32,000 bases of DNA, taken from positions 600,001 to 632,000 of the forward strand of contig NZ_CP045650.1 in NCBI RefSeq assembly GCF_009557235.1. The letters run 5' to 3'. This document shows, one piece after another, positions 1 through 8,926 of this stretch. A model generated the notes under the pieces. The model searched no databases and was not told where the DNA came from. It saw only the letters and a list, made by a program, of their open reading frames with translations. Position 1 is the stretch's first letter. Every line of letters begins with the position of its first letter. Origin of the DNA: Acinetobacter wanghuae (GTDB lineage: Bacteria > Pseudomonadota > Gammaproteobacteria > Pseudomonadales > Moraxellaceae). Position numbers and translations under genes: made by a program.

Positions 1-1085
<1,085 letters not shown>

Positions 1086-1105
1086 ATTTTTGCGATTTTA
1101 AAAAG

Positions 1106-1128
1106 ACCGTCCATAAGGGCGGTTTTTT
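1106..1128 (+). terminator. Rho-independent terminator after hisG
   Basis: ACCGTCC-ATAA-GGGCGGT hairpin (one G-U pair) followed by TTTTTT, 20 nt after the hisG stop. Confidence 0.6.
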
Positions 1129-1282
1129 ATGTCAGCCTAAAATTCCATGAATAGCGGTTCAATCAATTTTAGCGAATGTCATTTCCAATAAAACTCATAC
1201 GGATAGTCGCATCAAGCTGCCGACAAATGTCGATAAAACAGGTAAACTAAAGCTTCCCTTTATTTCCATTGTGGATAAATTG

Positions 1283-2584
1283 ATGCGACGTTTATCGACT
1301 CAAGATCAAAATTTTAAACAAGTCTTTGCCGATTTGTTGGCTTTTGAAACTGTGAGTGACCCAGAACTTTTAAAAACCGTAGATCAAATCATTGCTGATG
1401 TTCGTCAGCATGGTGATGCTCATGTTCTTAAACTCACACAACAGTTCGATCGACATCCAGCGCATCAATTTTCTGAGCTAGAACTGACTCAAGAACAATT
1501 AAAAATAGCATTTGAAGGTTTAACGCCCGAAGTGCGTGAAGCGTTAGAGCTTGCAGCAAACCGTGTGCGTGAGTTCCATCAAGCGCAAAAGCAAGATGGT
1601 TGGACTTATGTGGATGCTTTGGGCAATACCTTAGGTCAAAAAGTCACACCGCTCGATCGTGTTGGTATTTATGTGCCGGGTGGTTTAGCGTCTTATCCAT
1701 CATCCGTTTTAATGAATGCTGTTCCTGCGCATGTGGCAGGTGTTTCTGAAATTATTATGGTTGTTCCTGCACCGAATGGTGATTTAAATCCATTGGTCTT
1801 GGCGGCTGCGTATTTGGCAGGCGTGCATCGCGTATTCACCATTGGTGGCGCACAAGCGGTTGCCGCACTCGCTTACGGTACAGAAACCATTCCTCGTGTG
1901 GATAAAATTACTGGTCCGGGCAACCGCTTTGTTGCTGCGGCGAAACGTGCAGTATTCGGTCAAGTCGGCATTGATATGATTGCTGGACCTTCAGAAATTT
2001 TAGTTTATGCCGAAGGTCAAAATAATGCTGAATGGTTGGCAATGGATTTATTGTCACAAGCTGAACACGACACCGTTGCACAAGCAGTATTTATTACGCC
2101 TGATGAAGACTTGTTAAATGCAGTGGGTGAATGGATTGAAAAACACTTAGAAGCTTTGCCAAAAGCCGAGATTGCACGTACTTCAATTGAAAACCGCGGC
2201 GCATTGGTCTTAGTCAAAGACCGTGCTGAAGGTGCTGAACTGATTAACCAAGTTGCACCTGAGCATTTAATGCTGTGTTTAGATGAAGCCAAACAAATGG
2301 CAGAAGATATTCGTCATGCCGGTGCGATCTTCATGGGGCGTTATACCCCAGAAGCAATTGGTGATTACTGTGCAGGTCCTAATCACGTACTGCCAACCTC
2401 GGGTACAGCACGTTTTTCTTCACCGCTTGGCGTGTATGATTTCCAAAAGCGTTCAAGCTTGATTATGTGCTCTGAACAAGGTGTGAAATCTTTGGCGAAA
2501 ACAGCAGATGTATTGGCTCAAGAAGAAAATCTTGATGCGCATGCGCGTTCTGCACGTTATCGTTATCAAGATTCATTTATTTAG
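1283..2584 (+). CDS. hisD: Histidinol dehydrogenase
   Basis: MRRLSTQDQNFKQVF... is a typical HisD N-terminus. Motifs IDMIAGPSEILV, SQAEHD and GDYCAGPNHVLPT are present. The ORF track starts at GTG 1271, but ATG 1283 with GTGGA upstream looks more likely. Confidence 0.9.
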   Translation: MRRLSTQDQNFKQVFADLLAFETVSDPELLKTVDQIIADVRQHGDAHVLKLTQQFDRHPAHQFSELELTQEQLKIAFEGLTPEVREALELAANRVREFHQAQKQDGWTYVDALGNTLGQKVTPLDRVGIYVPGGLASYPSSVLMNAVPAHVAGVSEIIMVVPAPNGDLNPLVLAAAYLAGVHRVFTIGGAQAVAALAYGTETIPRVDKITGPGNRFVAAAKRAVFGQVGIDMIAGPSEILVYAEGQNNAEWLAMDLLSQAEHDTVAQAVFITPDEDLLNAVGEWIEKHLEALPKAEIARTSIENRGALVLVKDRAEGAELINQVAPEHLMLCLDEAKQMAEDIRHAGAIFMGRYTPEAIGDYCAGPNHVLPTSGTARFSSPLGVYDFQKRSSLIMCSEQGVKSLAKTADVLAQEENLDAHARSARYRYQDSFI

Positions 2585-2657
2585 TTCATCTTTTAGATAA
2601 ATGTTTGAGTAGAGCAAAATCTAAAGCTAGATGAATTCAATTTAGAAATGAAGTGTT

Positions 2658-2726
2658 CCTCTCCCTGTGGGAGAGGTTAGGAGAGGGATTTTGACCTCAC
2701 CCTAACCCTCTCCTAAAAAGAGAGGG
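2658..2726. repeat. REP-like compound palindromic element (two inverted hairpin units)
   Basis: CCTCTCCC-TGT-GGGAGAGG (2658-2676) is followed by TTAGGAGAGGG (2677-2687). That tail is the exact reverse complement of CCCTCTCCTAA (2706-2716). A second hairpin CCCTCT..AGAGGG ends at 2726. Same unit type as at 3841-3903. Confidence 0.7.
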
Positions 2727-2742
2727 AATATTGAGATAAAAA

Positions 2743-3837
2743 ATGTCTATTACAAATGAAAAAATGCGCTTTTGGAGTCCCGATGTACGTGAATTAGAAC
2801 CGTACACACCGGGTGAACAACCGAAAATCCAAAATATTTTAAAATTAAATACCAACGAGAACCCGTATCCACCGTCACCGAAAGTGGCGGAAGCGGTACA
2901 AAAGGTATTAGCAAACTCAGCAGATGTTTTGCGCTTATATCCAGACCCAGATGCATCTGAACTCAAACAAGCCATTGCAAAACAGCAACATGTACCTGTT
3001 GAACATGTTTTTGTGGGTAATGGTTCAGATGAAGTGCTTGCACACATCTTTAAAGCATTCTTTGTGCAAGAATTGCCTGTGCTTTATCCGGATATTACCT
3101 ATAGTTTTTATCCTGTTTATAGCCAATTCTTCGGGATTGCGGCAAATACCAAAATTTTGCCACTCAATGATGATTTTGAAATTGTAGTTGATGATTATAA
3201 GCAACCCAATGGCGGGATCATTATTACCAATCCAAATGCGCCAACCAGTATTGCATTAGGATTGTCTGCGATTGAGGAAGTGCTACAAGCCAATCCAAAT
3301 TCAGTCGTGGTGATTGATGAAGCGTATGTGGATTTTGGTGCGGAATCTGCGGTGAGCCTTGTTGAAAAATACGAAAACTTGGTGGTATGTCAAACGACTT
3401 CTAAATCACGTTCACTTGCGGGTTTACGTGTTGGTTTCGCCATTGCACAGCCACACTTAATTGCGGCACTTGAAGCAGTCAAAAATAGCTTTAACTCATA
3501 TCCGATGGATCGTTTTGCGATTGCCGCAGCTGTGGCTTCATTTGAAGATCAAGCCTACTTTGAAGCGCAAAATGCTAAAGTGATTGCGAGCCGTGAAAAG
3601 CTTGTCGCTCAACTGACTGAGATTGGTTTTAACGTTTTACCATCGAAAGCGAACTTTATCTTTGCGAGCTTGCCTCATAAAGATGCGGGCGAATTAGCTG
3701 CGGAACTTCGTGAACGTGGCATTATTGTGCGTTACTTTAACAAGCCACGTATCAATCAATTCTTGCGCATCACGATTGGTACAGATGAGCAAAATCAGCG
3801 TTTAGTGGATACGTTGAAAAATGAGATTTTAGCATAA
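2743..3837 (+). CDS. hisC: Histidinol-phosphate aminotransferase
   Basis: 364 aa. Motifs [18 protein letters not shown] and VIDEAYVDF are present, and [14 protein letters not shown] contains the PLP-lysine motif. Follows hisD. Confidence 0.9.
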   Translation: MSITNEKMRFWSPDVRELEPYTPGEQPKIQNILKLNTNENPYPPSPKVAEAVQKVLANSADVLRLYPDPDASELKQAIAKQQHVPVEHVFVGNGSDEVLAHIFKAFFVQELPVLYPDITYSFYPVYSQFFGIAANTKILPLNDDFEIVVDDYKQPNGGIIITNPNAPTSIALGLSAIEEVLQANPNSVVVIDEAYVDFGAESAVSLVEKYENLVVCQTTSKSRSLAGLRVGFAIAQPHLIAALEAVKNSFNSYPMDRFAIAAAVASFEDQAYFEAQNAKVIASREKLVAQLTEIGFNVLPSKANFIFASLPHKDAGELAAELRERGIIVRYFNKPRINQFLRITIGTDEQNQRLVDTLKNEILA

Positions 3838-3840
3838 TCT

Positions 3841-3903
3841 CCCCAAACCCCTCTTTATGAAAGAGGGGCTTTCTCCTCCCTTTGAAAAGGGAGGTTAGGA
3901 GGG
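3841..3903. repeat. REP-like compound palindromic element, same family as 2658-2726
   Basis: CCCCAAA + CCCCTCTTT-ATG-AAAGAGGGG (3848-3868), then CCTCCCTT-TGAA-AAGGGAGG (3875-3894) + TTAGGAGGG. Two hairpin-plus-TT(A/T)GG(A)G(A)GGG-type tail units in inverted orientation. Confidence 0.7.
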
Positions 3904-3908
3904 ATTCA

Positions 3909-3940
3909 TAAAAAAGCGACTCAATTGAGTCGCTTTTTTA
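3909..3940. terminator. Bidirectional rho-independent terminator between hisC and pabB
   Basis: Perfect 18-nt palindrome GCGACTCAATTGAGTCGC (3916-3933) flanked by an A-run and a T-run. The genes converge here. Confidence 0.8.
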
Positions 3941-5263
3941 TTGAGTTTTATAATAAGTATTTAACAAATCTAACATCGCTTCGACTTTATCAAAGCATTC
4001 TTGATATTCGGCATCACACTCGGACGCAATGGTAATGCCGCCACCTGCCCAGAGTGAAACCTCTTCTTGGTACTTTTGAATAGACCGAATCAGGATATTC
4101 CAAGAACCCGTCCCATCTTCATTAAAATAGCCCATTGACCCGCAATATGCACCGCGTGGTGCACCTTCAAGTTCTTCAATAATTTGCATGGCGCGGATTT
4201 TTGGTGCGCCTGTAATCGATCCACCGGGCAGGGCAGCCATCAGCACATCAAATGGATGAATGTCAGCTTTTAAAGTCGCTTCTACTTCACTGACCATGTG
4301 ATGCACTTGATTAAAACTTTCAATATTGAAGAGCTTTGGCGTTTTCACCGAGCCTGTTTCGGCATATACGCTTAAATCATTACGCAGTAAATCGACAATC
4401 ATGACATTTTCAGCCATATCTTTTTCGGAGTTGATTAACGTTTGTTTGGATGCTTCATCTTGTTGTGGATCTGCATAGCGTGGCATCGTGCCTTTAATCG
4501 GTTTAGTGATCATTTTCCGATGGGGTGCAAAGTCGATAAACAGCTCAGGCGAGCAGCTTAAAAGCTCAAAATCGTCAATACGTAAATAGCCAGCATAGGG
4601 TGCATCGGTCAGTTGCCAAAAAGCATTTGCGCTTGTGAGTAATGGACCTTGTGCTTTTGCTTTAAATTCTTGAGTCAGATTAATTTGGTAACAATCGCCT
4701 GCGACAATATAGTCCTGAACCTTTCGAAACGCTTCTACATATTGCTGTTTGTTCCAGCGTGCTTTGCATTGCTCAGTGAGTTTAAAAGGACGTTGAGCAG
4801 CGCTTTCTGTAATTAAACGGTGTATATGTTGGAAGATGTTCACTGCATTTGGATCAGAACTTTCAAAGATCCAAGTTTCATCACATAAGCGTAAAAAGCT
4901 TTGGAAATAGCCCATAAAAAATGCAGGTTGCGCGCGCTGTGATGCATTCACTTCTTGCGCTGCGGCATGGTCATAGCCTACAAAGCCGACATAAGCATTG
5001 TGTTGTGTCTGTTCGTTCTGCTGATATGGGTTAAGTGCGACATCAAAGGGTTGTGTCGATGCGACATATTCATTCCAAGCACGGGCAGCAAAAACTTGCG
5101 TGGTATTGTTTTGAATGATTTGAAATCGCGTGGCATTCAAGGCGATAAACGGCTGCCCATTGTTATTTAAATAAATCACATGATGCAATGATTGTAATGC
5201 AGCTAAAACTACGGCAGGTGCGGCAGTGCTTTGTAAAGATTGGCGAAAAATAGGAGAAGTCAT
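3938..5263 (-). CDS. pabB: Aminodeoxychorismate synthase component I (chorismate-binding enzyme)
   Basis: 441 aa. PGGSITGAPKIRAMQIIEELE and RGAYCGSMGY are signature motifs of chorismate-utilising enzymes. Size and lack of a TrpE context favour PabB. Confidence 0.8.
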   Translation of the reverse strand: MTSPIFRQSLQSTAAPAVVLAALQSLHHVIYLNNNGQPFIALNATRFQIIQNNTTQVFAARAWNEYVASTQPFDVALNPYQQNEQTQHNAYVGFVGYDHAAAQEVNASQRAQPAFFMGYFQSFLRLCDETWIFESSDPNAVNIFQHIHRLITESAAQRPFKLTEQCKARWNKQQYVEAFRKVQDYIVAGDCYQINLTQEFKAKAQGPLLTSANAFWQLTDAPYAGYLRIDDFELLSCSPELFIDFAPHRKMITKPIKGTMPRYADPQQDEASKQTLINSEKDMAENVMIVDLLRNDLSVYAETGSVKTPKLFNIESFNQVHHMVSEVEATLKADIHPFDVLMAALPGGSITGAPKIRAMQIIEELEGAPRGAYCGSMGYFNEDGTGSWNILIRSIQKYQEEVSLWAGGGITIASECDAEYQECFDKVEAMLDLLNTYYKTQ

Positions 5264-5374
5264 GTTGGCTAAAATCGTGAAGCATCATGCGCTATTCTAG
5301 CCCAAGCCTAATGAAAAAAAGATAAAAATAATCAAATACCGTTTGTCGGGTAACTGCAATTTACGACCAACAAC

Positions 5375-5403
5375 TGTTGATCAATTTTTGAGTTCCATAT
5401 AAT
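5375..5403 (+). promoter_or_regulatory. Candidate sigma70 promoter for the secreted-subunit gene
   Basis: TGTTGATC region (-35-like TTGA core) and a perfect TATAAT at 5398-5403. Spacing is 15-17 nt depending on register. Would give a ~110-nt leader. Confidence 0.3.
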
Positions 5404-5521
5404 TTAAATGGGCGAGCAAATCACTCAAGGATTGGTTGTTTGTGACGTTCAAAAACAAAAAAAACATCACAGGCATAGAGTGATTCACAACCAAAAAAAT
5501 AATACTCTTGGGAGAGTACAC

Positions 5522-6676
5522 ATGAAAAAATTCACTAAATTAGCTTTGGCTGCTTCAGTTGCACTTAGCGCAAACGCAATGGCAATGCAAGCAATGGACG
5601 ATTCAACGCTAAGTGCGACGACTGGTCAAGACGGTATCAATATTGGTATTGGTATATCTAAGATCACGATTGATAAGTTATTTATACACGACAATGATGG
5701 TTTAAATCCAACACTAAAGGGCGGTAACCTTGTTGATGAAAATGCTGACGGAACCGCTAATGTAGGAAATCCTGCAATAACAGGTAGTTTAAAGGGTACA
5801 GGTGTAGCTGGTGCAATTGTTATTCAAGGTGTTACAGATGCTAGCCGTGCCGTAACCCATACATTAACGAAAGCAAGTTCTTCACTTCCAGATCAGACAT
5901 TCAATACTGCGGATCATGGTTTGTATATTGGTGCTAACTATTCTGATGGTGGTGCATATTTACTCGCTTCTAGAAATTTGGCAGATTTACAGATTGATAG
6001 CGATGCTGGTACTAAAGAGAACGGCGGAGCATTCATTAATGTTGCGGCTCAAGTATCAGGTCTTGAAATTCATATTGGTGAGATTGGTGTTGCAGCATCT
6101 GCAACTCAAGCTGCTGACTCTATTCGCCGTGGTGCTACGTTTACACAAGTTGCTGGTAAAGGGGAAACGACTGGTAACTATAATGCAATCTTAAGTGGTT
6201 TAAGTATTTTAACAGGTCAGATTGAAGCAAATATTCAATTAGGTGCTGCGCCACAGGGTGCTATGATCAAGCTTGATACTAAAATGCTTGGTGGTCTAGA
6301 AATCAAAAATTTAGGTATTCTTGATAGTTCAACAATTGCTCGTGATGACGCTGGGGTTGCTACTGGTAAACGTACAGCAGGTGAAATCTTTATTGAAAGT
6401 ATTAAAATTGCAGATGAAGGCAAGAAAGATCTAACTATTAGTTCTAATATTTCTGTATTTAACACTGATACTACCGTTGGAAAAGAAAAAGAAGCACATA
6501 TCCGTATCGTAAGTAATGATACAGGTGCAACTGACCAATATATTAAAGGTATTCGTTTAGGAAGCCGTACAGCTGCTTCAATTGGTGATGTAGAAATTCA
6601 AGGTCTACAAACTTACTACTCTCCATCCGCTAGCGTTTACACTAAAGGCGCGGTTATTACTATTTCTGGTCACTAA
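5522..6676 (+). CDS. filA: Secreted beta-rich, Cys- and Trp-free putative fibre subunit (uncharacterised family; FilA-like)
   Basis: ATG 5522 is preceded by GGGAGAG. Sec signal MKKFTKLALAASVALSANAMA. The 384-aa product is G/A/T/I/N-rich with no C or W and has recurring alternating-hydrophobic strand motifs (GLEIHIGEIGV, GLEIKNLGILD, GDVEIQGLQT). The upstream part of ORF 5408.. lacks an RBS and is His/Lys/Gln junk. The symbol is tentative and from memory of Acinetobacter annotation. Confidence 0.75.
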   Translation: MKKFTKLALAASVALSANAMAMQAMDDSTLSATTGQDGINIGIGISKITIDKLFIHDNDGLNPTLKGGNLVDENADGTANVGNPAITGSLKGTGVAGAIVIQGVTDASRAVTHTLTKASSSLPDQTFNTADHGLYIGANYSDGGAYLLASRNLADLQIDSDAGTKENGGAFINVAAQVSGLEIHIGEIGVAASATQAADSIRRGATFTQVAGKGETTGNYNAILSGLSILTGQIEANIQLGAAPQGAMIKLDTKMLGGLEIKNLGILDSSTIARDDAGVATGKRTAGEIFIESIKIADEGKKDLTISSNISVFNTDTTVGKEKEAHIRIVSNDTGATDQYIKGIRLGSRTAASIGDVEIQGLQTYYSPSASVYTKGAVITISGH

Positions 6677-6690
6677 TCTCATCTAAAAAA

Positions 6691-6714
6691 AGCGCGTTTC
6701 GACGCGCTTTTTTT
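6691..6714 (+). terminator. Strong rho-independent terminator after the subunit gene
   Basis: AGCGCGT-TTCG-ACGCGCT (7-bp GC stem, UUCG tetraloop) followed by a 7-T run, 15 nt after the stop. Confidence 0.85.
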
Positions 6715-6740
6715 ATGTCAAAATTTCTATTCATCTTATA

Positions 6741-6770
6741 TTGTAAAAAACACTATTTTTTTTGTATAAA
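6741..6770 (+). promoter_or_regulatory. Candidate extended -10 promoter for the downstream five-gene operon
   Basis: TTGTAA (6741-6746), an 18-nt spacer including TG, then TATAAA (6765-6770). Confidence 0.3.
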
Positions 6771-6861
6771 AAGAAGTATCTTCATGTGACAAGGATGTAG
6801 AGTTTTCACTCTAGAATAATAACGAAAAGACGCACAGCGTCAGACTTGAAAAGTAAAAATT

Positions 6862-7701
6862 ATGTTAGAGATTGCACTCGGCTCGGCATTGATCTATTAC
6901 GCTGCCAAAGAAGCCTTCGATATAAAAGAACAACCTGCAGAGGCGGTTCGCTATACGGAAACTCTAGATTCCCGTCAGGACTCTTTTGTGCGTATGCATC
7001 GCGAGCCTGTGCTGATTCAACCTGCACTTGCAGATCAATTTCGTGGCATTGTCCGTCAAGCCTATGACTACAGTTGCGGTTCTGCTGCACTCACCACTTT
7101 ACTGAATGGCTATACCAATTTAGACGTTAAACTCACCGAAGAAAACGTGATGAATGGTTTGCTCAAATTCGGTGAAACTGAAAAAATTATTGAACGCCGT
7201 AGCTTTTCATTACTTGACATGAAACGCTTTGTGACTGCCATTGGCTTAGAAAGTGGTGGCTATAAAGGCGAATTTAGTGACTTGGTTTCGCAAGGTCAAC
7301 CCGCAATCGTGCCGATCTCATATGCAGGCTTCAAACATTTTGTGGTCTATAAAGGCTATAAAGATGGACGTGTGTACGTGGCAGATCCGGCTCTAGGCAA
7401 TATCAGTTTTGATGAAATTCGCTTTCAAGAAATTTGGGAAAACAACACCCTCTTCTTAATTAATGTTGCGCCAGAGAAGCGTAAGAATTTATTGGCATTA
7501 AACGAACGTGATATGCGTCATGTTGATGATGCAACCGTAAACCGTTATGCCTTTGTTGATATGCAATATCCGCAGTTCTATGTTGAAAAAATTGCAGATA
7601 AAGCATCGACCATTCGTTTAGATAAAAATACCAATAAAGATTCAGAGTCTTATGGGCAATCAAATTATAACTTCTTACGTCTTTATTATAAGAATAAGTA
7701 A
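6862..7701 (+). CDS. filB: Stand-alone C39-family (papain-like) cysteine peptidase (FilB-like)
   Basis: 279 aa. RQAYDYSCGSAALTTLL gives the Gln66/Cys72 oxyanion-nucleophile spacing, and GFKHFVVYKGYKDGRVYVADPALG gives His159 and Asp175. This is the C39 bacteriocin-processing fold without any ABC-transporter domain. The N-terminus is weakly hydrophobic (MLEIALGSALIYYAA). Symbol tentative. Confidence 0.75.
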   Translation: MLEIALGSALIYYAAKEAFDIKEQPAEAVRYTETLDSRQDSFVRMHREPVLIQPALADQFRGIVRQAYDYSCGSAALTTLLNGYTNLDVKLTEENVMNGLLKFGETEKIIERRSFSLLDMKRFVTAIGLESGGYKGEFSDLVSQGQPAIVPISYAGFKHFVVYKGYKDGRVYVADPALGNISFDEIRFQEIWENNTLFLINVAPEKRKNLLALNERDMRHVDDATVNRYAFVDMQYPQFYVEKIADKASTIRLDKNTNKDSESYGQSNYNFLRLYYKNK

Positions 7702-7750
7702 GTTTTATTGGGTTTAAAGAAAGAAAAATAAAAATTTGGTGGGATGAAAC

Positions 7751-8914
7751 ATGAAGAGTAAATGGATGAACAAAACACTACTTGCGATGAGTATTCAGCT
7801 GGTCATGGGCGCGGCATATGCTGCGAATGAACCGAGTTTAGGTGAATATGAGGCAATGGAAGAACAGACCGTTGTATCATCAACCGAACCTACAAGTGAT
7901 ACAAGTTTAGGCGAGTACGAAACAGTACAAGAAGCTGAAACTGTTGCAGAAACCCAAGCTTCTACGGCTGCTGATACGACTTCTCAGGCATCAACTGCAT
8001 TACAACAACAAGAAGGCGATACCACCCAAGAAGCTAACTTACAGGAAGTGTTTACCTCAAGTGAGCGTCAATACTCGTTGATTAAAAAAGGTGATATTTC
8101 ATCTTATTATGACTTAGATTATACCTACTATCGTGACACACAACTTGATATGGAAATGGCGCAAGGTCAGCTTTATCAATTACGTGTCCAAGAAAATGCT
8201 ACGCATACCCTAACCAATACATTTACGGCTCAATATGGGCTAAGAGACAACTTAACCCTGACAGCATCTGTGCCATTGGTTGCGAAATCGGATCTTCTCA
8301 AAGATGCCACAGCGGCAGGCTTAGGAGATATTAGCCTAGGTGCACGTTGGGAGCCATTCCCACTGAAGGCTGGACGTCTACCATTAATTCTGTTTGGTAA
8401 TGTCTCGACCAAAACAGGCGATAGTCCTTATGAAATCAATCCTAATCGGGATTTATCAACAGGTAAGGGCTATTACTCAGTCGGAGCAGGCGCAAGTACA
8501 CGTAAATATATCGACCCTGTGGTTTTATTCGCCTCTGTTTCAGCCAACTATGGCTTTAAAGAATCGGGTTTAAATCAAATACGCGGTCCTCGCATCATTG
8601 AAGAATTTGAACCAGGAATTAGTGGTGGTTTTGCCTTCGGTTTTGCTTACTCGTTTAACTATGATGTCTCGATGACGATGTCATATCAACAGAGTTTCAA
8701 TACGGGTTCAGAGTTTAGATATAACACAGGTGAAAGCTATTCACCGGCAGATCAAACCAGTGCTACTTTTGCAATTGCACTTGGCGTACGTGTGTCACCA
8801 GAGACCATTGTCAATGGCACACTGGGAATTGGCTTAACTGAAGATGCACCAGATGTGTCATTAGGTCTGTCATTCCCATTGGATATTTTAGGCTTCGGTA
8901 AGAAAATCCGTTAA
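7751..8914 (+). CDS. filC: Outer-membrane beta-barrel protein, MetA/phenol-degradation-like 'transporter' family, with acidic N-terminal extension (FilC-like)
   Basis: Signal peptide MKSKWMNKTLLAMSIQLVMGAAYA. A ~100-aa E/T/S/Q-rich extension carries a duplicated SLGEYE motif. This is followed by alternating-hydrophobic barrel strands and LGDISLGARWEPF, typical of that family. The family call is by eye. Symbol tentative. Confidence 0.6.
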   Translation: MKSKWMNKTLLAMSIQLVMGAAYAANEPSLGEYEAMEEQTVVSSTEPTSDTSLGEYETVQEAETVAETQASTAADTTSQASTALQQQEGDTTQEANLQEVFTSSERQYSLIKKGDISSYYDLDYTYYRDTQLDMEMAQGQLYQLRVQENATHTLTNTFTAQYGLRDNLTLTASVPLVAKSDLLKDATAAGLGDISLGARWEPFPLKAGRLPLILFGNVSTKTGDSPYEINPNRDLSTGKGYYSVGAGASTRKYIDPVVLFASVSANYGFKESGLNQIRGPRIIEEFEPGISGGFAFGFAYSFNYDVSMTMSYQQSFNTGSEFRYNTGESYSPADQTSATFAIALGVRVSPETIVNGTLGIGLTEDAPDVSLGLSFPLDILGFGKKIR

Positions 8915-8926
8915 GAGGGCAGTCGT

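Noticed and set aside
1270-1905. Perfect TGTGGATAA DnaA boxes at 1270-1278 and 1897-1905
   Set aside because: The second lies inside hisD coding sequence (GTG GAT AAA = V-D-K, part of the conserved RVDKITGPGN stretch). The first lies in the 13 nt upstream of the preferred ATG 1283 start, where it matches the GTG GAT AAA codons of the alternative GTG 1271 reading. Both are isolated single boxes, which is consistent with coincidence.
2697-3047. 116-aa minus-strand ORF ending ...LFRRGLG
   Set aside because: It is antisense to the well-supported hisC. Its C-terminal end is just the translated REP-like palindrome.
5408-5521. N-terminal extension of the subunit ORF (MGEQITQGLVVCDVQKQKKHHRHRVIHNQKNNTLGRVH)
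   Set aside because: There is no RBS at 5408 and the composition looks like translated A-rich leader. A perfect Sec signal peptide begins at ATG 5522, preceded by GGGAGAG.
5522-6676. Direct homology of the subunit to FapC/CsgA amyloid proteins
   Set aside because: I could not find the regular Q/N-containing imperfect repeats of FapC or CsgA. Only the system-level analogy (C39 peptidase + barrel) is proposed.
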